NCBI GenBank assembly: GCA_944320765.1 | Contig: CALUIS010000016.1 | Location: 2,933 to 66,932, forward strand | DNA length: 64,000 nucleotides | Direction of reading: 5' to 3' | Source of the DNA: an uncultured Paraprevotella sp. | GTDB taxonomy: Bacteria; Bacteroidota; Bacteroidia; Bacteroidales; Bacteroidaceae | Shown here: positions 8,843 to 17,911 of the stretch, in pieces | How positions within the stretch are numbered: position 1 is the first letter of the stretch | Layout of the letters: each line of letters opens with the position of its first letter | Program-made: the position numbers and the translations under genes | Notes under the pieces: generated by a model | The model's input: the letters and a program-made list of their open reading frames with translations, nothing else | Told to the model about the DNA's origin: nothing | The model's database searches: none

Positions 8843-10456
8843 TTATGGTTTTACTATGATGCGCCAGTAGCCGCCATGGTCAGCTCCTTCTCTGACAAGT
8901 AATCCTTTGGCTTTTAGATTTGCAATTTGCATTTCAATGGCACGTTTGCTTACTCCAATCTTTTCTGCCATCTTGTCTTGGGATATGGAACCGTCTGATA
9001 TTACAAGGTCGAGAATGCTTTGCGCCGTTCTACCCAATCGTTTCTGTTTCACCGAAGATTTTTGCGAATCACCGAAGTTTTTCACCGAAGATTTTTGTGA
9101 ATCACCGAAGTTTTTCACCGAACTTTCTTCGGTTACACCGAATTTTTCAGCATTTACACCGAACTTTTTCTCCGAACCTTCTCCGTTTACAGAGTACTTT
9201 TTGAGGGTACTGTTTACCCTGTCGGCCACCTCTTCTACGGGGATTCTACCGTTCTCACCCCAATTCAGATTATAGAAAGTGGTGAAGAACGAGGAGGCTT
9301 CTGTTTTGTAACGGGGTTCTTTGCCAGGCAGGAAGTTGGGCAGCTTCTCGGTTAGTTCACGCATCTTGCGCAGGCCGGAACCACGCTTCTCCATATAGTC
9401 AAGCTGGGTAAACATATCAGCGATGACGGGGTTGCGGCGTATGGACGGAACATTGTAAATGTCACGGTCTTGAATCTGTGTGCCGTCAAGCATTGCACCG
9501 GGCGACACCAGCTCCACACGGTCATCATAGATGTCGATATGCACCTCACCGCCCATCACCGTGTAATCCCTATGTATAAGATGGTTGACCAATCCTTCAA
9601 AGATAGCACGGTCGGAATAGTCGGGCAGATTGAGGCGGTAGTTGGGCATCTTGACCCAACCGCTCATCGTGTAGTTCTTGATGAAGTCCATGCCGTACTT
9701 TAAAAGTAGGACGAGGTTTGCCCTATGTTCTATTGAGCTGATGGCATCGTCTTTATAACGCCTCGTCCAACGGGTGCAGAATATGCGCGATTGGAATACG
9801 GTGCAGTTGTCCACAAACAGCAGTCCGGCATTGGTCAGCTTACCATCAGGAGTAACCAGCCCGAACGACTCCAGATATTTGTCGTTCCATTCTTGATGCG
9901 TCTGTTCGCGGAACGTATTGGCAAGGATGATGAAAGAGTGCTTGCTGGCGTCCACTTGCGTAGGAAGCGAATCCCATGTCATGTGCGTACCTTTCAGCAC
10001 CAGCGAGAGGAGTTGCTGCGCATTGCACTCCACACTCTCATTGCCGACCCGTACAAAAGCCGTGCGTGTTCCGTCTTGATAATAGTAATAGGGTGTCAGC
10101 ACTCCGGCCTTGACTTTCACTTCGAGCAGGGTGCGTCCTCCGTGTTCTATCGGTATGAGCTGAACTTCCGGTACAGGGTCAAGCCGCGCTTTTATCATTT
10201 CGCTGATAAAGTCGGCATCCGCCTGTGCGTTCTCCAATCCCACAACTTCACCTTCATCGTTTACACCATAAAACAAGCTGCCGCCCTCCGTATTGGCAAA
10301 GGCCGACACGGATTTCAGCCACGACTTCACTTTCTTGCGTTCCAGCATCTCCTTGAAATCGTAAGACGTACATTCTGCTATAAGTCTGTTATCGTGTATC
10401 TGCATGATTTTCTCGTTGTTGTAAGGGTACAATACTCCCATATCATCTACAAACAT
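8843..10456 (-). CDS. AlbA_2 (Schlafen-like) + HATPase_c_4 (RecG C-terminal-like) + C-terminal HTH protein; probable start 10405
   Basis: YDFKE...KSVSAFANTEGGSLFYGVND (AlbA_2); EGLVNHLIHRDY, DIYDDRVELVSPG and RRNPVIADMFTQLDYMEKRGSGL (HATPase_c_4); QDKMAEKIGVSKRAIEMQIANLK (HTH). Confidence 0.85.
   Translation of the reverse strand: MFVDDMGVLYPYNNEKIMQIHDNRLIAECTSYDFKEMLERKKVKSWLKSVSAFANTEGGSLFYGVNDEGEVVGLENAQADADFISEMIKARLDPVPEVQLIPIEHGGRTLLEVKVKAGVLTPYYYYQDGTRTAFVRVGNESVECNAQQLLSLVLKGTHMTWDSLPTQVDASKHSFIILANTFREQTHQEWNDKYLESFGLVTPDGKLTNAGLLFVDNCTVFQSRIFCTRWTRRYKDDAISSIEHRANLVLLLKYGMDFIKNYTMSGWVKMPNYRLNLPDYSDRAIFEGLVNHLIHRDYTVMGGEVHIDIYDDRVELVSPGAMLDGTQIQDRDIYNVPSIRRNPVIADMFTQLDYMEKRGSGLRKMRELTEKLPNFLPGKEPRYKTEASSFFTTFYNLNWGENGRIPVEEVADRVNSTLKKYSVNGEGSEKKFGVNAEKFGVTEESSVKNFGDSQKSSVKNFGDSQKSSVKQKRLGRTAQSILDLVISDGSISQDKMAEKIGVSKRAIEMQIANLKAKGLLVREGADHGGYWRIIVKP
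9048..9122. repeat. In-frame 33-bp tandem repeat (2.3 copies)
   Basis: TTCACCGAAGATTTTTG(C/T)GAATCACCGAAGTTT at 9048 and 9081, partial third copy at 9114. Encodes SSVKNFGDSQK repeats. Confidence 0.9.
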
Positions 10457-10575
10457 ACATAAAAAAGTTCATTTTCCGTTCAGAAGGGATGAATAAAAGC
10501 GGATTTGGAAGAAAATTCCTTTATAAAGCACTTTCTTACCTTTATCATGGAAGATAAAAGAGGATTGGATAACAA

Positions 10576-11535
10576 GTGTTGTATAAGGACGAAACCATTT
10601 GGGCTACCCAAAAGGCAATGGCTCAGTTGTTTGATTGCTCAACAGATAATATCGGTGTCCACCTGAAAAACATTTTTACATCTAATGAATTAGACAAAGA
10701 GGCAACTACCGAAAAAATCTCGGTAGTTCAGAAAGAAGGTGAGAGGGATGTAAACAGGACTACTACGTTCTACAACCTCGATGCCATCATTTCTGTAGGC
10801 TACCGTGTCAATTCCGTTCGTGCCACCCAGTTCCGTCAATGGTGTACTTACGTGCTTCGTCAGTTTGCCATCAGAGGATATGTCATTGACAAAAAGCGAA
10901 TGGAGAACGGTTCATTTATCGGAGAAGATTATTTTGAGCATTTGCTGGCCGAAATCCGAGAGATTCGTCTAAGCGAACGGCGATTCTATCAGAAACTTAC
11001 CGATATCTATGCCACGTCCATAGACTACAATAAAAGCGCACCTACCACACGTTTATTCTACAAAAAGGTTCAGAACAAAATGCACTATGCCGTGCATGGG
11101 CATACGGCGGCGGAACTGATTGTTGAACGTGCCGATGCCTCCAAGGAACACATGGGACTGACCACATGGGAGAATGCTCCGGACGGGAAAATCGTGAAGC
11201 CGGACGTAAGTATAGCCAAGAATTATCTGAAACAAACCGAGCTGGAAGATATGGGGCGGCTCGTCAGCGCCGTGCTTGACATGGCGGAGCGTATGGCGAA
11301 ACGACATATCCCAATGACAATGGAGGATTGGGCGAAGCGCATAGACCTGATACTGGAAGCCGGAGGTGATGTCGTGTTGGACAATGCCGGACGCATTACG
11401 GCTGAGTTCGCCAAGCAATTCGCCGAAGCCGAATTTGAGAAGTACCGCGTCATTCAGGATAAGAACTTTTCTTCCGACTTCGACCGGTTCATTGATGACA
11501 CCTCTTTGCCGCTCGATTTTGTGCCGGAGGACTAA
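10576..11535 (+). CDS. rhuM: RhuM-family protein (5' end appears degenerate)
   Basis: ETIWATQKAMAQLF, YNLDAIISVGYRVNSVRATQFRQW, IREIRLSERRFYQKLTDIYA and AKNYL. Confidence 0.85.
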   Translation: MLYKDETIWATQKAMAQLFDCSTDNIGVHLKNIFTSNELDKEATTEKISVVQKEGERDVNRTTTFYNLDAIISVGYRVNSVRATQFRQWCTYVLRQFAIRGYVIDKKRMENGSFIGEDYFEHLLAEIREIRLSERRFYQKLTDIYATSIDYNKSAPTTRLFYKKVQNKMHYAVHGHTAAELIVERADASKEHMGLTTWENAPDGKIVKPDVSIAKNYLKQTELEDMGRLVSAVLDMAERMAKRHIPMTMEDWAKRIDLILEAGGDVVLDNAGRITAEFAKQFAEAEFEKYRVIQDKNFSSDFDRFIDDTSLPLDFVPED

Positions 11536-11671
11536 CCACAAACAATAAAGAAAACATAATAATTTTTGAGGGAAACCTTCCCGATGCTATTTCAGGTTAT
11601 CATTTAACATTGATATTTTTTCGTTTATGGGGGATGGAGTTTGTCCATGCCGATTAGATGCCGACAGGGAT

Positions 11672-11707
11672 AAAAAATCCGCTCAGTCTTTGTGGGACGG
11701 AGCGGAT
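11672..11707 (-). terminator. Intrinsic terminator after DPP IV
   Basis: Stem ATCCGCTC...GAGCGGAT with inner GTC/GAC pairing, followed by a T6 tract on the minus strand. Confidence 0.75.
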
Positions 11708-11730
11708 GTGGTGTTGACAGGTTATAGCCG

Positions 11731-13947
11731 TTATTTCAGGTTGTCGATGAAGAAGTTCGTGATGCTCGTGTAGAGGTGGTGGCGGGTGTTGCCGCCCGTG
11801 ATGTTATGGTTGCGGTTGTTGTAGGGGAGCATCATGAACGGCTTGCCGGCCTGTACCAGAGCCTCGGCATATTCCATGGAGTTGCGGAAATGCACGTTGT
11901 CATCCGCCGTGCCGTGGCAAATGAGGAGCTTGCCGTGCAGTTTGTCGGCTTGGCTGATGGGGCTGCGGCCGTATCCGGCGGCATTCTCCTTCGGGGTGCG
12001 CATGAAGCGTTCCGTGTACACTGTGTCATAGTAACGCCAGCAGGTGGGCGGGGCCACGGCCACGCCGGCGGCAAATACCGGGCGTCCTTCGCTCATGCTC
12101 ATCAGGGTGTTGAAGCCGCCGTAGCTCCATCCCCAGATGCCGATGTGCTTGCTGTCCACGTAGGGCAGCGTGCCGAGGTAGAGGGCGGCTTCCACTTGGT
12201 CGCGGGCCTCCCAGTAACCCAGGTTCAGGTAGGTGCATTTCTCGAACTCCGCCCCGCGCCCGCCGGTGCCGCGTCCGTCCACGCAGACGCAGATGAAGCC
12301 TTGCTGGGTCAGGTATTGCTCATAGAGCGTGCCGCCCATGCTGCCTGTGCCCCAAGAGTCAAGCACTTGTTGCGAGCCGGGGCCGCTGTATTGGAACATG
12401 ACTACGGGGTATTTTCTGGAGGCGTCGAAGTCGGCAGGTTTCACCATGTAGCCATTCAGCGTGATGCCGTCGCCCGTAGTGAACTGGAAAAACTCGCGCG
12501 CGCCCAGCCCTTGTGAGGCCAGCTTATCCGCTAAAGTCTGGTTGTCCTCCAGCACCTTCAGGGTCTTGCCGCTGCGGCTGCACAGCGAGGTGACGTAGGG
12601 CGTGCGGATGTTGGAATAAACATCCATGTAGTATTTCAGATTCTTGCTGAAGATGGCGTTGTGTTCACCTTCTTCGGCGGAGAGTTTCACGGTTTTTCCG
12701 TTGCCGTTGCTTTTGTAGATGGCCGTATGCGTCGGGTCGTCCGCATGGTTGGCGGAGAAGTAGAAGCAGCCTTCGGCGGTGTCGTAGCCGTAGAAGCTCT
12801 TGACGATGAGGCGGTCGTCCGTCATCTTTTTCACTAACGTTCCGTTTAGGTCGTAGAGGTACAGGTGGTTGAATCCGTCACGTTCGCTGGTCAGCACGAA
12901 ACGTCCCGGATAGAAGGCCAGGTTGCGGAACACGTTCTCGTTGACGTATTTGTCCACTTCGTCGCGCAGGATTTTCTTGCACTCCGTGGAGCGCGGGTTG
13001 GCCATGTACACCTCCAGGCAGTCCTGGTGGCGGTTCAGGGTGAAGACGGCCAGTTTGGACGGGTCGTCGGTGAACCGGATGCGGGGGATGTAGCTGTCCG
13101 CTTCGAGGGGGAGCTTCATGGTCCGGATGACGCGGGCCTTGATGTCGAACGTCTGCACGCTGACGGTGGAGTTCGTGGTGCCGGCCATGGGGTATTTGTA
13201 TTCATAGCGTCCCGGATATTCGGCGTATTCCTCCTTGGCGGGATGGCTGCCCTTGTACCACGGGAAGGAGAAGGTGCGTACCTGGCTCTCGTCGTAGCGT
13301 ATCCAGGCGAGCATGGTGTTGTCGGCGTTGAAGTCGAAGGAGCGGTTGTTGCTGAACTCTTCTTCGTTCACCCAGTCGGGGATGCCGTTGATGACCCGGT
13401 TGAATTCCCCGTCCTTGGTCACCTGGCTTTCGCTGTTGTTGAACAGCAGTTTGACGAGGAAGAGGTTGCCCTCACGCACGAAGGCCACGAGGTTGCCGTC
13501 CGGCGAGAATTTGGGTGACTGCTGCGGGCCGCCGTCCGAGAGCGGCTCAAGCGTGCCGTTGGCGATGTCGTACAGGTAGTACACGGCGGTGAAGGAATGC
13601 CGGTAGATGGGTTTCGTCTCGGTTTGTATTAGGATTTTCTTCTCGTCCGGCGACAGGATGTAGCCGTCGATGCTTTCCAGTTTCACGTCGCGGGCCGTGG
13701 CCACGTCGAACAGCACGTCTTTTTGTTGTCCGTTCCGGAAGGAGTAGGTGACGATTTGCTTGTGGTCGTCGCTCAGGCGGGAGTAGGTTTCCCCGTCGTT
13801 GAGCGGGTTAACGCCGTTGATGCGCTTGGCGGCGTACTCGCCCGAGCAGATGTCTTTCAGGGAAAGGCCTTCGGCCTGTGAATGCATGGGGAAGAGGGCC
13901 ATCATGCATCCGATAAGGAATGTCGAAATCTTTTTCATACGCTTCAA
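11731..13947 (-). CDS. Dipeptidyl peptidase IV (S9B); probable start 13938
   Basis: Signal peptide, DPPIV_N propeller (NGIPDWVNEEE, YKYPMAG), catalytic GIWGWSYGGF, HGTADDNVH and NRNHNI. Confidence 0.92.
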   Translation of the reverse strand: MKRMKKISTFLIGCMMALFPMHSQAEGLSLKDICSGEYAAKRINGVNPLNDGETYSRLSDDHKQIVTYSFRNGQQKDVLFDVATARDVKLESIDGYILSPDEKKILIQTETKPIYRHSFTAVYYLYDIANGTLEPLSDGGPQQSPKFSPDGNLVAFVREGNLFLVKLLFNNSESQVTKDGEFNRVINGIPDWVNEEEFSNNRSFDFNADNTMLAWIRYDESQVRTFSFPWYKGSHPAKEEYAEYPGRYEYKYPMAGTTNSTVSVQTFDIKARVIRTMKLPLEADSYIPRIRFTDDPSKLAVFTLNRHQDCLEVYMANPRSTECKKILRDEVDKYVNENVFRNLAFYPGRFVLTSERDGFNHLYLYDLNGTLVKKMTDDRLIVKSFYGYDTAEGCFYFSANHADDPTHTAIYKSNGNGKTVKLSAEEGEHNAIFSKNLKYYMDVYSNIRTPYVTSLCSRSGKTLKVLEDNQTLADKLASQGLGAREFFQFTTGDGITLNGYMVKPADFDASRKYPVVMFQYSGPGSQQVLDSWGTGSMGGTLYEQYLTQQGFICVCVDGRGTGGRGAEFEKCTYLNLGYWEARDQVEAALYLGTLPYVDSKHIGIWGWSYGGFNTLMSMSEGRPVFAAGVAVAPPTCWRYYDTVYTERFMRTPKENAAGYGRSPISQADKLHGKLLICHGTADDNVHFRNSMEYAEALVQAGKPFMMLPYNNRNHNITGGNTRHHLYTSITNFFIDNLK

Positions 13948-13984
13948 AATGTAGGAATGATATTCTTTGTCTCTAATTTCTGTT

Positions 13985-14019
13985 TCCGCAAAGATAGTTT
14001 TTTTTTCTATCTTTGCGGA
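13985..14019. promoter_or_regulatory. Back-to-back -7 boxes forming a perfect 13-bp inverted repeat around T9 (divergent promoter)
   Basis: TCCGCAAAGATAG-TTTTTTTTT-CTATCTTTGCGGA. Each arm contains TATCTTTG pointing at one of the two divergent genes. Confidence 0.7.
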
Positions 14020-14039
14020 GAGATACGGACTGAAAATGT

Positions 14040-14966
14040 ATGGCCATACCTTATTTATATACTGAGTACGGGGAGTTCCTCCGCCGGGCGTTCCCGTTCA
14101 AGGTGCAGAAGATTTCCGTCAACGCGGGCTTCACCTGTCCCAACCGGGACGGGACGAAGGGTTGGGGCGGATGTACCTATTGCAACAACCAGACGTTCAA
14201 TCCCGCTTATTGCCGTACAGAGAAGACGGTGGCGGAACAGCTGGAGGAGGGGCGGAGGTTCTTCGGGCGGAAATATCCGGAGATGAAGTATCTGGCGTAT
14301 TTCCAGGCGTACACGAACACTTACGGCGAGGTGGACGATGTGGTGCGGAGGTACGAAGAGGCTTTGGCGGTGCCTGATGTGGTGGGGCTGGTCATCGGAA
14401 CCCGTCCGGATTGTATGCCGCAGCCCTTGTTGGACTATCTGGCGGAATTGAACCGCCGTGTGTTCGTGATGGTGGAGTATGGCATTGAGAGTGCGGACGA
14501 CGCGACTTTGGCCCGTATCAACCGGGGGCATACTTGGGGCGAGACGGAGGAGGCCGTGGGACGCACGGCTGAGGCGGGCATTCCCGTGGGCGGGCATGTC
14601 ATTCTCGGATTGCCGGGAGAAGGGCATGAGGATTTGATGCGTCAGGCGGTCAGGATTTCCGGCCTGCCGCTGACGGCCCTGAAAATCCACCAGCTCCAGC
14701 TGATCCGGGGTACGCGCATGGCTCGTGAGTATGCGGAACGGCCGGAGGATTTCCACTTGTACGGCGTGGATGAATATATCGACTTGGCCATAGACTATGT
14801 CGAACGCTTGCGGAAGGACTTATATCTGGAGCGTTTCGTGTCCCAGTCTCCTAAAAGCTTGTTGATTGCTCCCGACTGGGGGCTGAAAAACCATGAGTTC
14901 ACCGCAAGACTGAGGCTCCGGATGGCGGAGCGGGGGGCGTGTCAGGGAAGGCTCGCGGAAAGGTAA
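14040..14966 (+). CDS. TIGR01212 (YhcC-like) radical SAM protein
   Basis: CPNRDGTKGWGGCTYC cluster motif, YFQAYTNTY, IGTRPDC and LKIHQL. Confidence 0.88.
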   Translation: MAIPYLYTEYGEFLRRAFPFKVQKISVNAGFTCPNRDGTKGWGGCTYCNNQTFNPAYCRTEKTVAEQLEEGRRFFGRKYPEMKYLAYFQAYTNTYGEVDDVVRRYEEALAVPDVVGLVIGTRPDCMPQPLLDYLAELNRRVFVMVEYGIESADDATLARINRGHTWGETEEAVGRTAEAGIPVGGHVILGLPGEGHEDLMRQAVRISGLPLTALKIHQLQLIRGTRMAREYAERPEDFHLYGVDEYIDLAIDYVERLRKDLYLERFVSQSPKSLLIAPDWGLKNHEFTARLRLRMAERGACQGRLAER

Positions 14967-15001
14967 TCGGGGAAAAGCTTCGCGGAATCGTTTTTTTTGT
15001 T

Positions 15002-15009
15002 TACTTTTG
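15002..15009 (+). promoter_or_regulatory. Putative -7 box for the GH105 gene
   Basis: TACTTTTG lies 56 nt upstream of the ATG at 15066. Confidence 0.5.
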
Positions 15010-15065
15010 CCCTGAACGGGGAATACGTGAAAGACCAATCATTCATCTTATAAATATCAATCTAC

Positions 15066-17387
15066 ATGAAACACGTGAATTTCAAGTTTTTGTCCTTGTG
15101 GATGGCCCTGCTGTTCGGTGGGGTGTCCGGGGCGGCGTATGCCCAGGCGGGGACGGGGTCGGCCGAGGTGTTGCGGCTGATAGAGAAAGTGAACGGTTAC
15201 TGGCAGGCGCACAACTCGCCCAAGACTCGGGCGTTTTGGGACCATGCCGCGTATTACACCGGCAACATGGAGGCTTACCGCCTGACCGGGAATCCGGCCT
15301 ATTACGAGTACAGCAATGCATGGTGCGAACACAACAACTGGCGGGGGGCCAACAGCGACGACAAACGGAACTGGAAATACAAGACGTATGGAGAGGGGCA
15401 GGATTTCGTCCTCTTCGGCGACTGGCAGATTTGTTTCCAGACTTATATTGACATGTATCATTTGAACCCTGCGGACTATAAGGTGGCGCGGGCCAAAGAA
15501 GTGATGACCTACGCCTGCCATTTGGACGAGAACAAGTTCTGGTGGTGGGCCGACGCGCTGTATATGGCCATGCCCTTGATGTCGAAGATGTACAAGCTGA
15601 CGGGCGACCGGATGTTTCTCGACCAGATGTACGAGAACTATCTTTGGAGCGACAGCCTGATGTACGACCCGGAGGCGCAGCTGTACTACCGGGACGCGAA
15701 GTATATCTACCCGAAGGTGAAGACCGCCAGCGGGGGCAAGAGCTTCTGGGCGCGGGGCGACGGCTGGGTGCTGGCCGGACTGGCCAAGGTGCTGGCCGAC
15801 CTGCCCAAGGATTACGAGCATCGGGATTTCTTCGTGAAGCGTTTCGGCGAGCTGGCGCAGGGCGTGGCGCGTTGCCAGCGGCCGGAGGGTTATTGGAGCC
15901 GCAGCATGTTGTGCGAGGAGGATGCCCCGGGGCCGGAGACCAGCGGGACGGCTTTCTTTGCCTATGGCCTGATGTGGGGCGTGAACCACGGTTACCTGGA
16001 CAAGGCGGAATACGCGCCGGTGATAGAGAAGGCTTGGAATTATTTGGTGAGGACGGCCTTGCAGCCGGATGGCAGCATCGGTTACGTGCAGCCCATCGGT
16101 GAGAAACCCGATCCCACCCGCAAGGTGGACGCGAAGTCGCAGGCTCCTTTCGGCACGGGTGCCTGGCTGCTGGCCGCTTGCGAGCGGGTGCGTTATCTGG
16201 ACGGCAGTGTGACGGATGCGGTATCGCCGAAAGTGACGGTGGAGGTCAAGAATCCTACGGGGGACAACCGGGGCGACGTGGTAGAACTGGATGCCAAGGA
16301 GGTGTTCGGCAAGTTGGGCATTGGCGGAGGACGCCAGTTCGTGGTGTACGATGGCGACCGTACGGAAGTGCCTTACCAGCTGACGCACGACGGCAAGCTG
16401 CTGGTGCAGGTGTTTGTCCGTCCGCAGTCTTCCACCGCGTTGACCATCGTGAAGGGTGTGCCTTCTGACTATCGTTTTACGGCTTGGGGCAGGATATATG
16501 CCTCGCGTGAGGACGACTTGGCATGGGAGAATGACCGTAACGGGTGGCGTGCTTACGGACCGGCCATCCAGAACAGCGGGCAGCATCTTTATGGCTTCGA
16601 CGTGTTCAACAAGAACGTGCCTTATCCCATGTTGGAGACATTCTACCATAGTGAGCTGACTTCCTATGGCCTGCAGGATCGGCTTCGCAAGGCCGGGCGG
16701 GGCAACGAGTGTGACGCGCTGCACCGCACGCTGACTTATCACCGCGACCATGGCTATGGCATGGATGCCTATACCGTGGGACCGACCTTGGGCGCCGGCG
16801 TGCCGGCATTGCTGGACGGAGACCATTTTGTTTATCCGTTGTGCTACAAGGAGGCGGAAGTGCTGGACATGGGGCCGTTGCGCTTCACCGTGCGCCAGAC
16901 GTTTGGCGGTGTCCGCGTGGGCGGCGACCAGGACGTGGTGGAGAGCCGCGTCATCACGCTGGACAAGGGGACGCACCTGAACCGTTGCGAGGTGAGCTAC
17001 GAAGGCCTGTCGGAATCTCGTGAGGTGGCGGCCGGCATCGTGGTGCATAAGAGCAGTCCGGAAGCTTACGTCATGAACAAGAAGAAGGGCTACGTGGCCT
17101 ATGCCGACCCGATGGACCATCCGGAGGCCATGAACGGGCTGGTTTACATTGCCTGCCTGTTCCCCGGCGGCGTGGATGCGGTGAAGTACATTCCGATGGA
17201 GAAGGAAGCAGCCGGAGCCGTGGGGCATGTGGTCGGCTTGGACGAGTACAAGCCCGGCACGGCCTTCACGTATTATTTCGGTGCGGCCTGGAGCAAGTAC
17301 GACATGCCTACGATGGACCTCTGGCAGGCCACGTTGGAGCGTTACGCCCGTCAGCTGGCCGAGCCGCTGGAGGTGACGGTGAAGTAA
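15066..17387 (+). CDS. GH105/GH88-clan unsaturated glycuronyl hydrolase fused to DUF4861
   Basis: WWWADALYMAMP, FWARGDGWVLAGL and ETSGTAFF (GH105-type). C-terminal half has REDDLAWENDRNGWRAYGP and YFGAAWSK (DUF4861-like). Confidence 0.82.
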   Translation: MKHVNFKFLSLWMALLFGGVSGAAYAQAGTGSAEVLRLIEKVNGYWQAHNSPKTRAFWDHAAYYTGNMEAYRLTGNPAYYEYSNAWCEHNNWRGANSDDKRNWKYKTYGEGQDFVLFGDWQICFQTYIDMYHLNPADYKVARAKEVMTYACHLDENKFWWWADALYMAMPLMSKMYKLTGDRMFLDQMYENYLWSDSLMYDPEAQLYYRDAKYIYPKVKTASGGKSFWARGDGWVLAGLAKVLADLPKDYEHRDFFVKRFGELAQGVARCQRPEGYWSRSMLCEEDAPGPETSGTAFFAYGLMWGVNHGYLDKAEYAPVIEKAWNYLVRTALQPDGSIGYVQPIGEKPDPTRKVDAKSQAPFGTGAWLLAACERVRYLDGSVTDAVSPKVTVEVKNPTGDNRGDVVELDAKEVFGKLGIGGGRQFVVYDGDRTEVPYQLTHDGKLLVQVFVRPQSSTALTIVKGVPSDYRFTAWGRIYASREDDLAWENDRNGWRAYGPAIQNSGQHLYGFDVFNKNVPYPMLETFYHSELTSYGLQDRLRKAGRGNECDALHRTLTYHRDHGYGMDAYTVGPTLGAGVPALLDGDHFVYPLCYKEAEVLDMGPLRFTVRQTFGGVRVGGDQDVVESRVITLDKGTHLNRCEVSYEGLSESREVAAGIVVHKSSPEAYVMNKKKGYVAYADPMDHPEAMNGLVYIACLFPGGVDAVKYIPMEKEAAGAVGHVVGLDEYKPGTAFTYYFGAAWSKYDMPTMDLWQATLERYARQLAEPLEVTVK

Positions 17388-17413
17388 AATCAGTAAACAT
17401 CATATCGGTAGGC

Positions 17414-17448
17414 ACAGGCTCGTCCCTTTTTGGGGGCGGGCCTGTTTT
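17414..17448 (+). terminator. Intrinsic terminator after GH105
   Basis: ACAGGCTCGTCCC-TTTTT-GGGGGCGGGCCTGT stem (two G-U pairs) followed by a T tract. Confidence 0.75.
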
Positions 17449-17453
17449 GGTGG

Positions 17454-17800
17454 TTACTGGTGGTTAGCGCATCTTTCAGGGGGTGTCATGAATTTGTGCG
17501 ACGGCATCGCACGTTTTTCAGATTCATGCGATACTGTCGCACGTTTTTCTGTGTCAAACAAATCTCGTATCTGCGGATATTCCAAATAAAATGCGCGAGA
17601 AACCCTGAATAGCGTTTCATTCAATCCCCGGCAGTTTACTTTTTCTTCAAGCCGTTTGAGCAACCGCTCCCCGTATTGAGCACGGTCTTTCCCTTTCTGT
17701 TCGTATTCAACAATATAGCAACCAATCAGCCAGTTGCGCAATGTAGCACACTGATCATCAGTTGTACTTGACTGATTGTATTAGATATGTCTTCCTATGG
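17454..17800 (-). pseudogene. Remnant of a DUF1016 (YhcG-like) N-terminal domain
   Basis: LRNWLIGCYIVEYEQKGKDRAQYGERLLKRL...LFRVSRAFYLEYPQI matches DUF1016_N. In-frame stop just upstream, and the C-terminal nuclease domain is absent. Lower-GC patch. Confidence 0.7.
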
Positions 17801-17911
17801 TTTTACCCATTTGGAGTAATTGGTAAGATTGTCCATCACAAAAGTGTTTTTCTCTATGGCAGCCGGGCTTGGGGCGGCTTAACTTTATGGTAAATTAAAA
17901 AGAGAAACATT

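Larger units (their letters stand above)
1..11670. mobile_element. Right-hand part of an accessory/defence island (continues beyond the left window edge)
   Basis: Hand-counted GC is 23-55% in 60-bp lines here (line 841: 14/60; line 6961: 15/60; line 3781: 32/60) versus ~70% in counted lines of the GC-rich region further right. Cargo is RM, Vsr, AlbA_2 and RhuM genes. No integrase or att site is visible in the window. Confidence 0.7.

Noticed and set aside
11588-11742. 11-bp direct repeat TATTTCAGGTT (11588 and 11732) as an att site
   Set aside because: The copies are only 144 bp apart on the same side of the island, AT-rich and short; chance is plausible.
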